Source of the DNA: Eukaryota sp. TZLM1-RC
Taxonomy: Eukaryota; Protista; Metamonada: BaSk clade
Direction of reading: 5' to 3'
Length of the DNA: 64,000 nucleotides
Assembly (NCBI GenBank): GCA_040285825.1
Contig: JAUPSS010000002.1
Location: 3,534,001 to 3,598,000, forward strand
Under the pieces are notes generated by a model. The model made no database searches. It was not told the DNA's origin and worked only from the letters and a program-made list of their open reading frames with translations. The position numbers and the translations under genes were made by a program. Shown piece by piece: positions 12,380 through 25,900 of this stretch. Within the stretch, counting starts at the first letter, position 1; each line of letters opens with the position of its first letter.

Positions 12380-13280
12380 AAACAGAACAATTAAACAAAA
12401 ACTAGAACTCAATATCTTCAATACACGCATCAACAGTATTAAATCTTTTTAGCGCTCGAATTTCATATTCTATTTCTATTTGTAACAAAGTGCTTTCTTT
12501 ATCACTTGTTATCTGTATATATTTAATGAACTTCCACACTTAACAAAATATACTCATAACTAATTGGACGAAATTCATGGAACCAAGATTTCCTCTACAA
12601 AACCTTGATCTGCTTGATGTCTAGCTAAAGCTTCTCTTATTCGATTGAAAAACCGAGGTAATCTATTAATAATGGCAAATTGAATTCATGCGCCATGAGA
12701 AGATTTCAAATCTTTTCATTGTTTTTTCTTGAACCATTTTTTGAAAATCATTCAAAAAAGTTCCTGCTTCTACTGCTAGTCTTCCGTTTATAGAAAATGT
12801 GAATGAATAAAAACAAAAGGTCTATTTCTATCAGCATTAGCTTCTTCAACATCTTTGTCGTATTTTTGGGTGCAGATCTGCTGGACTGTAGAAGTGTATT
12901 AATGATACAAAGTGAAAACGTAGAAAGACAGAACATAGAGAATAAGTTAAAGCAGACTATTTGAAAAGGAACAACATTGTTTGCTTGAAAATGTTGAATG
13001 CTTGTGATTACTGTTTGAAGAAGAGTGATTGGTATTTTTCGGAAACTAGTTTTTTGTTTCTCGCTACCAAAATTTAGTCATAGTTGGCCTACGCCAAAGC
13101 CACCATTTTTAAGAAGACGAAGAAGACTACCTAATATGATCACCAAAGCACTGTTACAGTTAGGAATAGAGTATGAAGATCGCGCGCTTAAGAGATTTGA
13201 TGATGTTGATGCGTGTATTGAGGATATTGAGTTCTAGTTTACTTAATGTTTTGTTAGCGTTGAAAATAAAAATATTTGTA
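12380..13280. mobile_element. Mosaic of CRE 3' tips: family B (-) about 12380-12490, diverged family A (-) about 12530-12850, family B (+) about 13130-13275
   Basis: DACIEDIEF* and family A tail sequences recognisable. Confidence 0.7.
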
Positions 13281-13304
13281 GTAAAAATATGTCGATAATT
13301 ATTT

Positions 13305-14493
13305 AATTTATTGAATTTGCACACTTGATTAAATTAAATCATAACTAATGGGACGACTATCATTAAACCAAGATTTCCTCTACAAAATCTTGATTTGCTT
13401 GCTGTCTAGCTAAAGCTTCTCTAATTCGATTGAAAAACCGCGGTAATCTATTAATAATGGCAAATTGAATCCGTGAACGCCATAAAAAAATATCAAATCT
13501 TTTCATTGTTTTTTCTTTCACCATTTTTTGGAAGTCATCCAAAAAAGTTTCTGCTTCAACTGATAATCTTCCATTTATCGAAAATGGGAAAGCAATAAAA
13601 ACCAGCTGTGTATTTCTATCGATATTTGCATCTTCAATTTCTTTATCATATTTTCTATGTTTTTCTTTTGCTTTAAAATCCAGAGCAGCCACAGGATTAA
13701 GTTTTCTTCTGTGAACCAAAGTATCGTTTGCAACATTACATGAGACAAAGTCAACAATAGCTTCAGAATTATCAATCCAATCACAGTATACATCACCTCT
13801 ATCATCAGAACCAAAATTATTCAGAGAAAGTGTTTCTTTCAGCAGGGGCTCTTTGATACAAGATATCCTTGCAGTTTGTGCCATATTGAAAACAGTGTCT
13901 CTAACAGCATCATGTAATGAAGAACGATAAGTTATCAATTTAGAGCAATTTAGAGCATGGCGCAAAGTGAGTTGAGGTGAATTCGAACAAATACATTTTT
14001 CTTTTGATAATAATTGGTTAATGGGGATGTTCAAATATAATCTCATTTTTGTTACAAATGCTTCATTAGTAGCACACAATCCAAATCTTCGTGGTACAAT
14101 GGTTACAAAAAGTGAAGAATCTGACACCTTGTTTTCACAAACACCCTTTTCCAATAACAATGAGTGAAGATCTTGATTTAAAACAGCCGAGCTGCAAATA
14201 TTATTATAAAGATCTTTTTCATACATTCCAGTCAATCTTTTCTGTAATGTTCGAAGAGTATACTTCAAATTTAAAACATTTTTTTCTGGAATATTGCCAT
14301 TGAATGATTGGGGAAAACATCGACCCCATTTTTCTACATCAATTCTTGAAATTTCTTCATTTAATGCAAAAACAGTGGAACTTTGCGTTGTCATCAATAA
14401 ATCTTCCCAATCTGCAATTCTTTCCGAGAACTCAAAGATTGCATTTCTGCATCCACCAACAAAAGCACACGAGGTAAGAATAGAAGCCTTCGT
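13305..14493 (-). mobile_element. Family A CRE-like element, 5'-truncated
   Basis: ORF 13363-14397 nearly identical to the C-terminal part of ORF 9874-11457. Confidence 0.9.
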
Positions 14494-14569
14494 CGATAAT
14501 TTGATGTCATAAAATTATTTTCAACCTCCTAAGATCAACTTAGGTGCCTCACAACCAATATTCTCACCC

Positions 14570-16195
14570 ATGGATCCATTCTTCTCTGCAACAGTGACTG
14601 CAACTGCAGCTCCTACCGTACATAGCATTGATGAATCATGTAAGGTTTTCATTTCTGCTATTCCTTCTTGGCTAGACGATGATGTTTTAAAGCGTATCTT
14701 ACTCGCTTGTGGTTCACTCAAGCAATGGCAACGTGTCAGGGACTCTGAGGGTCATCCACTCTCATTTGGATTTGCAGAGTTTTCCACTCTCATTGATGCC
14801 GCTAAATCCTACTATAACCTCTCCACATTTGCTGTTTCTCCTCTAGAACACCCCCTCAAAGTAACCCTGGACAAGCACGATGCTGTCAGGGCTGACGCCA
14901 TGGATTCAGATAACCTGGCGGATGTATCCATCTATGACCGCATAGTGCAAGCTCTAGAGGGTAGGTCGTCAGGATCAGAAGAAAAGAAAGATGAAGATCA
15001 AAAATCGGTCAAAAAACAACCCGATTCTGATCTTTCAGATCAAAAAGTCACGCAAGAAGTACTTGAATTCCGCCGAAGTCAAGCGGTCCAAGATGTTGTA
15101 CTGACTGAAAAAGACCGCCAAAAACAAGAAGAACTGAAGCGAGAGAAGGAACATGAAATGTTGCTTTTGGCAGAAGCTCTCGGAATCCCTGCTAGCAATG
15201 AATCAAAACAACCTGAACCAATGTTTCTCAAAATTGAAAGTCCAAAAATAGAGGTCAAAAAAGAGGAAATTGATAGAATTCGTGGAGAATGTTACAATTC
15301 ATTTAAACCAGTTGAACAAAGTCTTTCAGAATCTGATAGGTTTTACCTTTCTCAATCAGTTATTGATTTGGCACAAAGTTACGAACGTGAACAGTTTCAG
15401 TTACTTTCACAATCAACTTCCCATTTTTTTGCTTTCCCCGACCCTCTAGCTCCTGCTTCGAAAGTGGATGATTTGCTGGGTGAATGGGACCTGCATCGTC
15501 AGCGACACGTGGCAAGGGAACGTGCTGATGATGTGGCAATTTTGAGTGATCAAAGTAGAAAAGAAGAAGAAAAGATCAAAAAAAAGGAAGCTTTGGAAGA
15601 AGCACCTCCAAATGTTTTGGAAGGCCAGCAGAAAACCGCTCAAGAAACTTTGCCATCGCCAATTAAGGAACAACAACCAGAATCCCAGGAAATTGAGTTT
15701 GGCACCATTGATTTGTCAGACTTACGTGGCGAGGACACTGTCGAAGTCTATAGTAAATCTGAAGAACAACCAGAAGTTACTTCCTTTGAAATGGAACTTG
15801 ATGAAGCTGTTGAACCTTCGACTGTAGATCATCCAACACCTCTACCCAAAGATGATAAGGTTTTGGCTCAGGAGATTGCCAGCAAACTACCGATCGATCG
15901 GGATGAATTATTTAGTTTGAAGCCGGATTATGAAATACTTTCCAAGTCTACCACAATCAGAAACAATCTGAACCAATGGATATTGACCAAAATTGCTGAA
16001 GAGTTAGGTGAAGATCCATTAGATGTGGCTGATGTTGCTTCCGACATCACCACCATGGTAATTGAGGGGAATTCTGTAAAAGATTTAGTTCGAGATATAA
16101 CTGATTTAGTGGAAGAAGGAGGTGAGTTCTTTGTAATGAAGCTCTGGAGGCTTGTTTTACTGCAAAGTGATCTTGCAAAGGCTGGGTTGATTTAA
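14570..16195 (+). CDS. RBM25: RBM25/Snu71-like splicing factor (RRM + PWI)
   Basis: N-terminal RRM (LACGSLKQWQRV..FGFAEF), charged middle, C-terminal PWI (WILTKIAEELG..FVMKLWRLV). Confidence 0.8.
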   Translation: MDPFFSATVTATAAPTVHSIDESCKVFISAIPSWLDDDVLKRILLACGSLKQWQRVRDSEGHPLSFGFAEFSTLIDAAKSYYNLSTFAVSPLEHPLKVTLDKHDAVRADAMDSDNLADVSIYDRIVQALEGRSSGSEEKKDEDQKSVKKQPDSDLSDQKVTQEVLEFRRSQAVQDVVLTEKDRQKQEELKREKEHEMLLLAEALGIPASNESKQPEPMFLKIESPKIEVKKEEIDRIRGECYNSFKPVEQSLSESDRFYLSQSVIDLAQSYEREQFQLLSQSTSHFFAFPDPLAPASKVDDLLGEWDLHRQRHVARERADDVAILSDQSRKEEEKIKKKEALEEAPPNVLEGQQKTAQETLPSPIKEQQPESQEIEFGTIDLSDLRGEDTVEVYSKSEEQPEVTSFEMELDEAVEPSTVDHPTPLPKDDKVLAQEIASKLPIDRDELFSLKPDYEILSKSTTIRNNLNQWILTKIAEELGEDPLDVADVASDITTMVIEGNSVKDLVRDITDLVEEGGEFFVMKLWRLVLLQSDLAKAGLI

Positions 16196-16451
16196 AAAAG
16201 TTGGAATTAAAAATCAGAAAATATGAAGAATTTAGAAGAAGATAAAGATGAAGTATTTTCGTTTTTTTTCATTTATCAACTGTTGCTCTAATATTATTAT
16301 GATTAATACTACTATTTTATTGGTTGACATTATCACTGTAAATTAACTAAATCTTTCTTCAATAAATAATTCAATTATTTTGCAAAAAACTATTATACAA
16401 ATCAATAAAATAAAATAATTAAAATAATTAAATATTGCTAAACATTTAAGG

Positions 16452-18020
16452 TTACAATACATCTTCTTCATTTCCAATCTTAAGTTCTTCCTCGACCAAA
16501 TGTTTCCTTCTCCAAATCTCTTCCATTCTATTTCTATTTCGTTCAAGTTCAGAACTTCTCAATCTGGATATCAAAGACGAGCTTAGTTGTTCTTCGTTTT
16601 GTGTTGATATAGTTTCAGCATTATCCAATTGAATTTCCCTAAATTCTTTGGAGTTTTGTACAATTGACATTAATGCATGACGGTCGTTCAATAGTTGAAG
16701 TAAATCAGGGTTTACCTCTTCATTGTCCTCATCAATACCTGCATCAATCACTTTCTCAATCAATTCTGATAATTGATTGCTGAAATCGACACAAGCTTCC
16801 CTTAATTTACCAAACCAACTCAAGATTAGATCAATAGCCTTTCTTTTAAGTCCATCATAATGTTGATCAAAAGAATCCAAGATCGAAATATTTTGTTCGG
16901 CCAACTCCAACTCCAACTCCACTAATTCATCATTCAAAGTATCGTTCTTTTCAGAAAACGAACTAACCAAAGCGGTCAAATCTTCCATTTCTAATGGTAA
17001 ATCTTCTACATCTTTCATTTTAGCCAAAACAATCCTCTTTTCTTCTTCAAAAGCTGCGACCAGCTGTAGCGCTTCCTCCTCGTTACTGTGAGAGACAACC
17101 GACAGTGATTTTTGCAACTCCTTATATTCATGATCTTTTGCTTCTTGTATATTAATCATGTCTTTTCTGAAGCCACTTACTAATAAATTAATATTCTGTT
17201 CAAAGTCAATCATCAACTCCTCCACTCCATCAATTAAAGCAATTTTTTTGATATCTGGGTCTTCGGTAGTCAATGTCGAAAACAACCCTCTTACTGCCAA
17301 ACAATTGCTCTTTTCGTCAATCTGACGCTCCCTTTCCTCCTTTTCTTCCTGCTCTCTGACATCAGACTCTACTTTTTCCAAGTCCATCAGCTCCTTCACT
17401 TCTGTTTCAAACTTGTCAATAGCGGCCCTCACTTCAGACTCATGACACAAACGGTAGTCAAGGTACCTAAGCTTTTGACAATGAGCGAGTACACAAGCTC
17501 TATACGACACGTCATCAGCCAGGGGGTTTCCGGTTAACATCAAAATACGCAGACAAGGAAACTTTCGCAAAAAGCGAGACACTTCAGAGACTGGGGTGGC
17601 AATTTTGTTCTTCCCTACGTTGAGCAGACGAAGCTTTGTTAAATGTTCAATGTTGGAGATGGAGGTGAGGTTGTTTCGGAAGAGCCGAAGTTCAGTAATG
17701 TTTACAAGGTTTTCCAAGCCAGATATGGTGTCTATCTGGTTGAATGAGAGGTCAAGAGACTCAAGCAGGATGAGATGTGATATGTTTTCAATGGTCTTGA
17801 TTTTGTTGTTGTCAAGTTTTAAGTGACGGACCTTGGTGTAAGGTTGGAGATTGGCTATGTTCAGAATGTCTGAATGTTAGCTCGTGGAAGAAGAAATACC
17901 TTTGAAACTGAGGGTTATTGTTTGGATATCAAAGATAGAAGCTTCAGGTTTCAATGTACAGGATGAAGAGATAAGCTCTTCATTGATGACTCCTGGTGGC
18001 GGTGGATTAAGGTTTGTCAT
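16452..18020 (-). CDS. DRC3: Dynein regulatory complex subunit 3 (LRRC48); one 30-nt intron (17870-17899)
   Basis: ATG 18020 gives MTNLNPPPPGVINEELI, then LSFK|DILNI..LKLDNNKI..LDLSFNQI LRRs, LRRcap (YRACV..LRYLDYR) and coiled coil. Intron GTATTT...GCTAACATTCAG carries an in-frame TAA. Confidence 0.85.
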
Positions 18021-18029
18021 CAACTGTGT

Positions 18030-18200
18030 AATAAGTGTTTTTTAAGGTATTGATTGTGAAGTGGAAGATTTTCTTCTTGATTTGAACCTTCATCAACCTT
18101 GGCTCCCTGTAGGTAAACTGGGTGGTTTCGACCATTCAGGTATGCTTCCATCAGTGCCATAATGTTTAACGGAGGATTTTGGTCTCTATTTCAAAATTGT
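18030..18200 (-). mobile_element. Isolated Fanzor 3' end/omegaRNA remnant (same family as 7392-8900)
   Basis: Reads NRDQNPPLNIMALMEAYLNGRNHPVYLQGAKVDEGS; shares CCAAGGTTGA..AAGGTTCAAA..AATCTTCCACTTC..ACACTTATT with the 7392 copy. Confidence 0.75.
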
Positions 18201-18617
18201 TGTCGCTGAAATTTGCCAACTTTCACAGGTTGCAGTTCTTAGATATGAACGTTGTTGCAGTGGCTACAAATTATAATAATCTCCCAATTAATTCAAATTC
18301 TGGACCAAAGATGATGAATAGACGGATGTTATTTGGTCAAAATTGGAAAAATGAATCAATGTACATAACAAATTCAATGTGGTTGTAGACATCCAATATC
18401 ATCATGTTATCAATTGTATTTAGAAATAATGCTCATAACAATGGGTAGAATAAGTATTAAAATAATTTGAAGCTTGCAAGATTGTTGACATCAAAACAAT
18501 GCATTTGTTTTCGAGGATTGAACGTTGTAATTCCTCTAATTATGATTGAAGAATGATTTTGAATGGCTTTTTGAATAGGTGCAAGATTTAATTTTGGGAG
18601 TTCATTAAATACATCTA

Positions 18618-20615
18618 ATGTATCATACATTAGCAACACTTCTGCTTTTGATTTCCATCTTTTTGTCATGTTATGCTGCTAAGGAAATCACAATAGATTG
18701 GGGTCGCGATCTTCAAGTCCCTATCTTATCTTCCCCTGTAGCTCTGAAGACTGAATCTTCCTATCACAGCATTTTTCTTGGTTCTGTCTCTGAATCATTC
18801 TTTGTCATCAACTCTCACAATGGTCGCGACGCTGCAGGATTTCCTCTGAATATATTTACTTCGTTCTACTCACCCCCACTGTTCAAGGATGTTGACAATG
18901 ATGGTCTCCTTGATTACCTTTTAGTCTCTGAATCTGGCCACTTACTCTACTCAGATCGTCAGGGAAGACCTATGTCCAGGTTGATGAGGAAAATACCACC
19001 AATCAGCGTGGAGATGGATTGGTTTAAAAAGCATGCGTCTACAAACGAAGAGCAAAAACAAGCTGAAGGGGACTTTATTGAAGACTTGGATGATACAGAC
19101 CAAAAATCAGAAGAAAAACCAAGACCATCACGTCATCGTCATCAGCTGGATGCCTCTAAACTACCTCCGGAAGGCCTCCCTTCGTTGGACCTACTTAAAA
19201 TCAAATCAGCACCAGGTCCCAGAATGTCCCTTGACCAACAACAATCATTGGTTCATAAATGCAATCATGATGACGTCAGCAGTCCGATGTGTGTTGACGT
19301 TCCTGCTCATGTTTTGGCTCCTTGTGCAAGGGGGAGGGAAGTAGATGTAGATTTTGTAATCATTCCAATATCTTATTTTTTTGATTCAGATTTTTTTGAA
19401 CACAATCCTTATTCTGCACCTATTGATATACACAAATATATGTCTAGTGGGCTTGTGAGGTATGATTTGCCCTCTGGCTCTCCTCCTGTATTGAAGTGGA
19501 AAATTGAGTTTGAGTTGAAAACATCAGAGGAACAAGTTGGCCATGTTGTGGTTCAACCTTTATTAATGGATTACAACATGACAACACTGGCAGCGGTAGC
19601 TACTAGTGATGGGGATCTCTATGTCATTGATACAACAACAGGAAAGGTTTTGCCAAAGTTTCCAGTGGTGTTGGGTGATGCTATCACCTCTCCCATGGTG
19701 CTTGTGGATGCCGACAATGACGGAACAAGCGAAATTGTTGTTGTTGACAGCTCTGGGGTTGTTTATTGTATCAGCATGATGGGAGAGATTGTGTGGAAGT
19801 CTGTCATGAAGGGACACATTTTTAGAGCAAATCCTTTGGTCATGAAACTTGACTACGAAGGTAAGAAAGAAAAAGTAATCCTGGTAGGCGGGTCCTTCAC
19901 ACTCAGAGTCTTACGTGCAAAAGACGGAGTTCTCCTTGAAGAACTCAGCCACAAGTTCGAAGCTGCCATTACTTCCGGTTTGGTTCCTGTCTCTGGCAAT
20001 GAGGTAGGTTTATCGACAGAAGATGGTGTCTTCCACATATACAACTTTAACACTAAGGAAGAGGCCTCTATTGATCTGCAAGAGCGCGTGCTCAACTCTC
20101 CAATACTTATTTCTGAAGCTAGTGAACAGACCATCATCGTGACATCCATTGCCGGCAAAGTGTTCAAGTTGCGGTATCCCCTAAATGACCCCCATTACTC
20201 CTTCAAGAGGGATTCTCATGCTGGGCGATCAGGATTACTGAATTTAGAGGTCAATGCTGCTAAACAAGCTACTGGCAAGTTTACCAAAGTTGGATATTGC
20301 ATCAGTGATGAGGACGATCGCACTGATTATGGTTTTGACGTACACTTTCTGATTGGAGACAAAGAGACAGCCAGGGCTTACCACACAAAGCCTGGTTGTT
20401 ACTCCAAGGTGATTGGACTCCCAGGTCTCATTGGGAAGGTACACGTTTCTATTGAAGTGTCTGTTTCTGATGGTAATTCTCTCTCAGATACAGTAGTGCT
20501 CAACTTGAATCCTATGGTACTCGATGATTTGAAATGGTTTGCGCTATTACCTCTGTTTGTATTGACTCTTTTTGTCATTTTTAAGGTTGGCCAGTTTAAG
20601 GGATTACCACTGTAG
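18618..20615 (+). CDS. DEX1-like FG-GAP/beta-propeller membrane protein
   Basis: Signal peptide, DVDNDGLLD and DADNDGTSE FG-GAP motifs, VPAHVL..ISYFFD, C-terminal transmembrane helix. Confidence 0.7.
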   Translation: MYHTLATLLLLISIFLSCYAAKEITIDWGRDLQVPILSSPVALKTESSYHSIFLGSVSESFFVINSHNGRDAAGFPLNIFTSFYSPPLFKDVDNDGLLDYLLVSESGHLLYSDRQGRPMSRLMRKIPPISVEMDWFKKHASTNEEQKQAEGDFIEDLDDTDQKSEEKPRPSRHRHQLDASKLPPEGLPSLDLLKIKSAPGPRMSLDQQQSLVHKCNHDDVSSPMCVDVPAHVLAPCARGREVDVDFVIIPISYFFDSDFFEHNPYSAPIDIHKYMSSGLVRYDLPSGSPPVLKWKIEFELKTSEEQVGHVVVQPLLMDYNMTTLAAVATSDGDLYVIDTTTGKVLPKFPVVLGDAITSPMVLVDADNDGTSEIVVVDSSGVVYCISMMGEIVWKSVMKGHIFRANPLVMKLDYEGKKEKVILVGGSFTLRVLRAKDGVLLEELSHKFEAAITSGLVPVSGNEVGLSTEDGVFHIYNFNTKEEASIDLQERVLNSPILISEASEQTIIVTSIAGKVFKLRYPLNDPHYSFKRDSHAGRSGLLNLEVNAAKQATGKFTKVGYCISDEDDRTDYGFDVHFLIGDKETARAYHTKPGCYSKVIGLPGLIGKVHVSIEVSVSDGNSLSDTVVLNLNPMVLDDLKWFALLPLFVLTLFVIFKVGQFKGLPL

Positions 20616-21539
20616 TTTTTTTTGAATGAGCAGGTTATTATGAAAGAAAGCAGTTGAATTTTTTTGTTTATTACCCAATAAAAAATAGAATTTAGAACAC
20701 AGAGTCCTTTGCACTGTCCTGATTTCTGGCACTTTTTGTTGTAATCAGAACTCCCAGCTGTAGCAAATATAAACAATGATCAGTTGATCAGTTGGGTCTT
20801 CAATATTAATGAGTGTAACATGTACAACAATCTACCTTCAATTGGTACAATATGACAAAAGAAATCTGCAAATTCCAACAAGTTTTTCCAAAACTAGTTC
20901 CTGAAAACATTCGATTGATCATGGCAGCTGCGTTACACAAATCTTGTGGCTTTTGGTTTGTAACACCAACTGAATTTATATCATAGAGTTCTCCTACTTG
21001 GTTCACGATTGAAGCGTACTGTAATAAAAATTTAGAGGTCATCCCCATGAGAAGGGAAATTATTTTATTTTATTATTTTAAAAACCAAAAATAGAATATT
21101 GTCAATAAATATAGCTGATAGGATTTCGTGTCAAAATAGAATTTCAAAATTTTCTCTGTTTTCCAGCAGATATGATTCTTGTTTTAACAGAACAAGATTG
21201 ATTTTCTGGTGTACGCTGTATTGAATAGTATAATTCCGGTTACTTAATTTAGAAAACAATTCTTGAAAAACAAATGTTCTTAATGGAACTACAACTCTAC
21301 GGCGACATATCCTTCTTCAAATTAATTTGTCACTAGGTATTTGGAAAAACCACCAAATGCGGACAACGAATAAGAGATTAATAACACATTTGTTTCAAAT
21401 GGCAAATATAAGCTATTTTATTGAGAGAAAATCTTGGTCCAATGAATTTCCTCCCATTAATTCAAAGTTTATTGTAGTTCCATATAACAGCAGATTTTGT
21501 CACTAAACATGATTGGAATTTCTTTCAGTCCTTTCTTTC

Positions 21540-21830
21540 CAACTACGCTGAAATGTTCAAGGAATGTTAAAGCAGGTTGACCTAAAGAACCGAGCAATTA
21601 AAAAACAATGGGGCGCAGATCATATTGAGAATGAACCAGAACAGAAGGTTTCATGGATTTTCAAATTTTGTATTTTCATATCAGTAAGAATTGGATTTAT
21701 GACATCAAAATTGATTAAGAGTTCTTCAAAACAATAACAAGGGGCAATGAACATGACTTCTGAAATGGTGAAATTTCCATCCAATCTAGGAACAACCAAA
21801 TCACCCCTTCTTAGACTCTTAGTCAACACT
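21540..21830 (-). mobile_element. Decayed CRE family E-like RLE fragment
   Basis: LRRGDLVVPRLDG; aligns with 600-850. Confidence 0.6.
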
Positions 21831-22919
21831 AGACGCTTTTACATTGTCCAGACAATATTTACCAATAAATTGATGCCATTAAACAATTGGTTCATGTATA
21901 TTGATTTCACTACTGTGGAAATCAATTTTTAATAACGTATTTCATAATTTTATAATTTTTTGTGAAATTGTAGAGCATTAATTGTTCAAGTTCTTGGTAC
22001 TTTTTTCATAAATTTCTTGTGATAAAGGCGTATTGACTGACAAAAGTGCGGAGAGCAAATGATTATGAATCAATGATTCAGCTGCTGCCGCTAAAAACGA
22101 AGAGAATATTATCCATAGTTTGTTAAAAGATCTACAAAAACTATCCGAAATTGAAGGGGGCAGACCTTAAAATATGTGTGAATTTTTTGGAAGAGTATTT
22201 TTTTTTGAAAGCTTGTTTTGTCTTTCAACAGAAAAAGTCTTGCTATTCGAGAAAAAGTTCATCTCAATTACAAGACCAACAACCAAAGAGTTCAAACACA
22301 TGATTATCATTGACGAATGAGACTTCTGAACCTTCTACCACTTAAGATTGTTTTTGTTTCACAATCAAAAGACATTAAAATGGATTATTCTGCAGAAGTT
22401 GTAAAAATGAGCAGTCAATCCTCTTGAAACAATAGAACTCCAAGACTTCTCCTTGAGAAGAAGTTTCTTTCATGTGGCATCAAAATATTTTGAGAAAGCA
22501 TTAAAGCCTTAACTAATGCTTTAAGCTACAGAAACCCTCTCATTTGACACCTAATTGTAGGTATCTCATTAGTGAGTACCTTATGATATATAATTAATAT
22601 AATGTAAGAAAGATATTACTATCAACTACAGTTAATCTTGATCTGGAAGTAAAGTAAATTTCGTATCAAAAAGGCAAAACAGTAAGATTTGTTTATTAAA
22701 TATCGTTTGATAATGAATAAATTTTGTGAATTCTTTACAAAATAATAATTAAATTTAATTCCAATACACAAATTACTAAATTCAGTTGAAATTAATTGTC
22801 AATCAAAACGTTAATTCAACGTAAAATCAAAATTGATTGTGAATAATGTAAATAAGCAAATAAAAACACATTTCCAAAAATAAAACACAAAAATAAATCA
22901 GAAATTGTTTTTTTTAAAA

Positions 22920-25900
22920 TCACTCCCACTTGAATAATTCAGATTTTAGCCTAGAGACAAACTTCTTGGCAAATGGAACAATATCGAAATCATCCACACC
23001 ATTAAACAACTCAGCATTGCTCAATATCCTTTCAATATCAAACAATAAAGCTCCAGGGTGTCGATAGAGACCATCATGTAGATTTTGAATGAGAAACGAT
23101 GCAGAAGAAGCTATTGGAACGATAGAACTATAACCAGGAGCTATCCTGTCCACAGGGATTTCTTGGAATAGAGAGAATTCAGGTGATTCTTCCATTATTT
23201 GGGAAATAATGTTGAATGCAAAATTAAAAAAAGTAGAATTAAGCACAGTCAGGGAATTTCCAATGTCGAATGGACAGAAGATTTGTTTAGAGTTAGCTTT
23301 TGAGGGAATCAAATCCCATGGAGAGACGACAAGCTGAATATTTGTCATTGTTGGCGACTTGAGCTCTACTGTGATTGAACAAAAATTGGTCTCAAAAGGC
23401 AAGTGATGAAGTTGATTGATTGACACGATACGAGCTTCACGCCGCCTTGACAGTTTGTTTCCAACGCTTTTACACACCAATGAACCCAAAAAAGGAGCTA
23501 ATGGCTTTGAAAATTCTTTTTGACCTTCACTTTTGAGCCAATCAGGAAGTGTCACGTCATTATGAGTTAAAAACTGTCGAAACTCGTAAACTTCCGTTCC
23601 AGTAATGATTGGAAGGCCACTTGTTCTATTAACAAAAACAGAATCACCAGCTTTGAATTCATCAAGGTCACTGAATAACAAAGGTTCACATCCAAGAGGT
23701 AAAAGAAAAGGAAAAGGGGGTGCAAATACTGTTTGAATTTCGTATTCTGCTTCAAGCAAAAGACCTTCATAGGGGTTGACGCGATGATCGACAGGCAGAG
23801 TACGATTGGTTACCGATGATTGTGACCGTAAACGTGATCTATTTTGACTCTTTTCGACTGTAGACTTTGGGGGGATGGGAGCCTCAATCGGAAGGGCATA
23901 ATCAGTGGCTATTCCAATTGTTGCTTGACACAAGGGAAGACATTCTTCGGGGTAATGGTCATTTAATGATTCAAAGTCGATAAAGGTAATCCGACCCTTG
24001 ATGAGTGACTCTGACTCTTTCATTCTGTTGTTAGGAATCATTGTGTTTAAGAAATCAAAATATTCGAAAATTTTGTTTTTGAGTTGAAAATTTGACAATT
24101 TTTCACCCTCTAGTCGAGCAATTAATGATTTGATTAAAGTAATCTTCACAGATTCAACCACAAAATCATAAATTTTGGGGACAAAAACTACCGAGTCCCC
24201 CACTTGAGGCACGTAACCATTGTCAAAGGAATTCTGCCAACTTTCTCGGCTGGTCAACGACAAGGTTTGCAAAGAAGGAAGTTCAATCTTTTTTGATTGG
24301 GGTTTTGATTGGGGTTGTTTTTTTGCATTTTCTTTTGATTTTTGAACTTCTCTTTGGGCAGGTGTAAGTATATCATTCAAAAACTCATCATCACTATCAG
24401 AATCAACACGACTCTCTTGACTTTCATCGACTTCTTGACTTTCGTTGACTGCCACGTAAGCATGACGTTGCCCTCTGTCAACAAGCATAAACTCATCAGA
24501 AAGTGTGGTATTTAACTGCCGTCTTTTCCTTTTAGATGGAAGTTCTTCTTCTTTCACCGATCTTCTCCTAGCCAGATTTTGCTCTACTAGCTCAACTGTT
24601 GTCAAGAAATTAGCTTCACCATAGTCATCATCCTCTGCTTCAGTAGCAACAGCATCAGATACTTCGAAATCGTCATCATTGCCATCGTCATCCGGGATGA
24701 ATTCTGGAAAATCTTCTTCCTGTATCGCGTCATCTGGAACGTCATCAATCACGTCATCAATCAAATTATGATTGATTGGTTGATTGAATGGTTCTGGAGA
24801 TGGTGGAGGAGGAGGTTCAATAATAACTTGTTTTTCTGTAGGTAATCCTGTTTGTTGGGAGATGAACACGTTCTTGGTCAACGAGATTCTTGAAGAAATT
24901 GAATATTTATGAGCTACTAGACAAAACTTGTTATTACTATTTCTCGCCCAAAAAGGAGAGGAATATAATACTTCAAACTCAAAACACTTTATTTTTGACC
25001 GTATCACGTCATCATCAGGACCATTCGAGACTGTCACGTCATCACCTTCCAAAAATGGACAAAAAGAGTCTATATTGGGAGGAAATTCGTATAATCTTGG
25101 TACATTATCTTTATAAGGTTCAAACCGTATGTTACACAAAGCTGGGTTCTGGGGATGTGGCGCAAAATAACCTGAATCCGACACGAAATAAGGCGGAATC
25201 TGCCGTTGGAGTTCACGGTAATAAGGATCCAAAATAGTAAATTGTTCTAGAAAAGCAGCACCAAGAGGCTTTCGTTCGTTCAAGGTGGTGTTGAAGATTG
25301 CAATGGTCTGAAATCCTGCAAAAGCAACCGATTTTCCATCAAATGAAGTAGCTGACTGGCAGAAATTGATTGGTAGAGGGTCTGTCGAGTCTACAGTGAT
25401 TGAGGTGAAAATTTCGCCTTGTAAGCTGAATAGAGACACTTTATGCCGACAACTACCAACAATGATATAACTACTATCAAAGGGAAAAAACTCAAAGCAC
25501 GGGGCTTCCCCAAAAATTCCTGAATCAACCTGGAACACGTGACTGATGACGTCATCGTCAAGAAATGTCAAAACCGCCACGTACGCATCATAAGAACCAT
25601 CGATGCCATTTGATTGTCCAAAAAGAAGGACAAAACTGTTATTACTTGGATGAAACTTACCCTCAATACTAAATAAAGACTTTCCATTGACTTCTCTTGA
25701 CCAAGAGCATTTATGACCTAGATCAGAGCAGACTCCAGTGGTGAAACAATCAATCGAGAGGTCTTTATAGACAACAACGAATAAGGATTCATCATTTGAC
25801 AGCACCAAGGAAACAATATACCGTTCCTTGGGGTCATTATACACGAACAAAGGGTCATAAATGAGGTCAGAATCGTCACTGCTGACGTGTAAAGGCCAGA

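Noticed and set aside
20806-22500. Coding-like remnants, including a possible Walker-B-like MIIIDE*D near 22300
   Set aside because: Too degenerate to assign.
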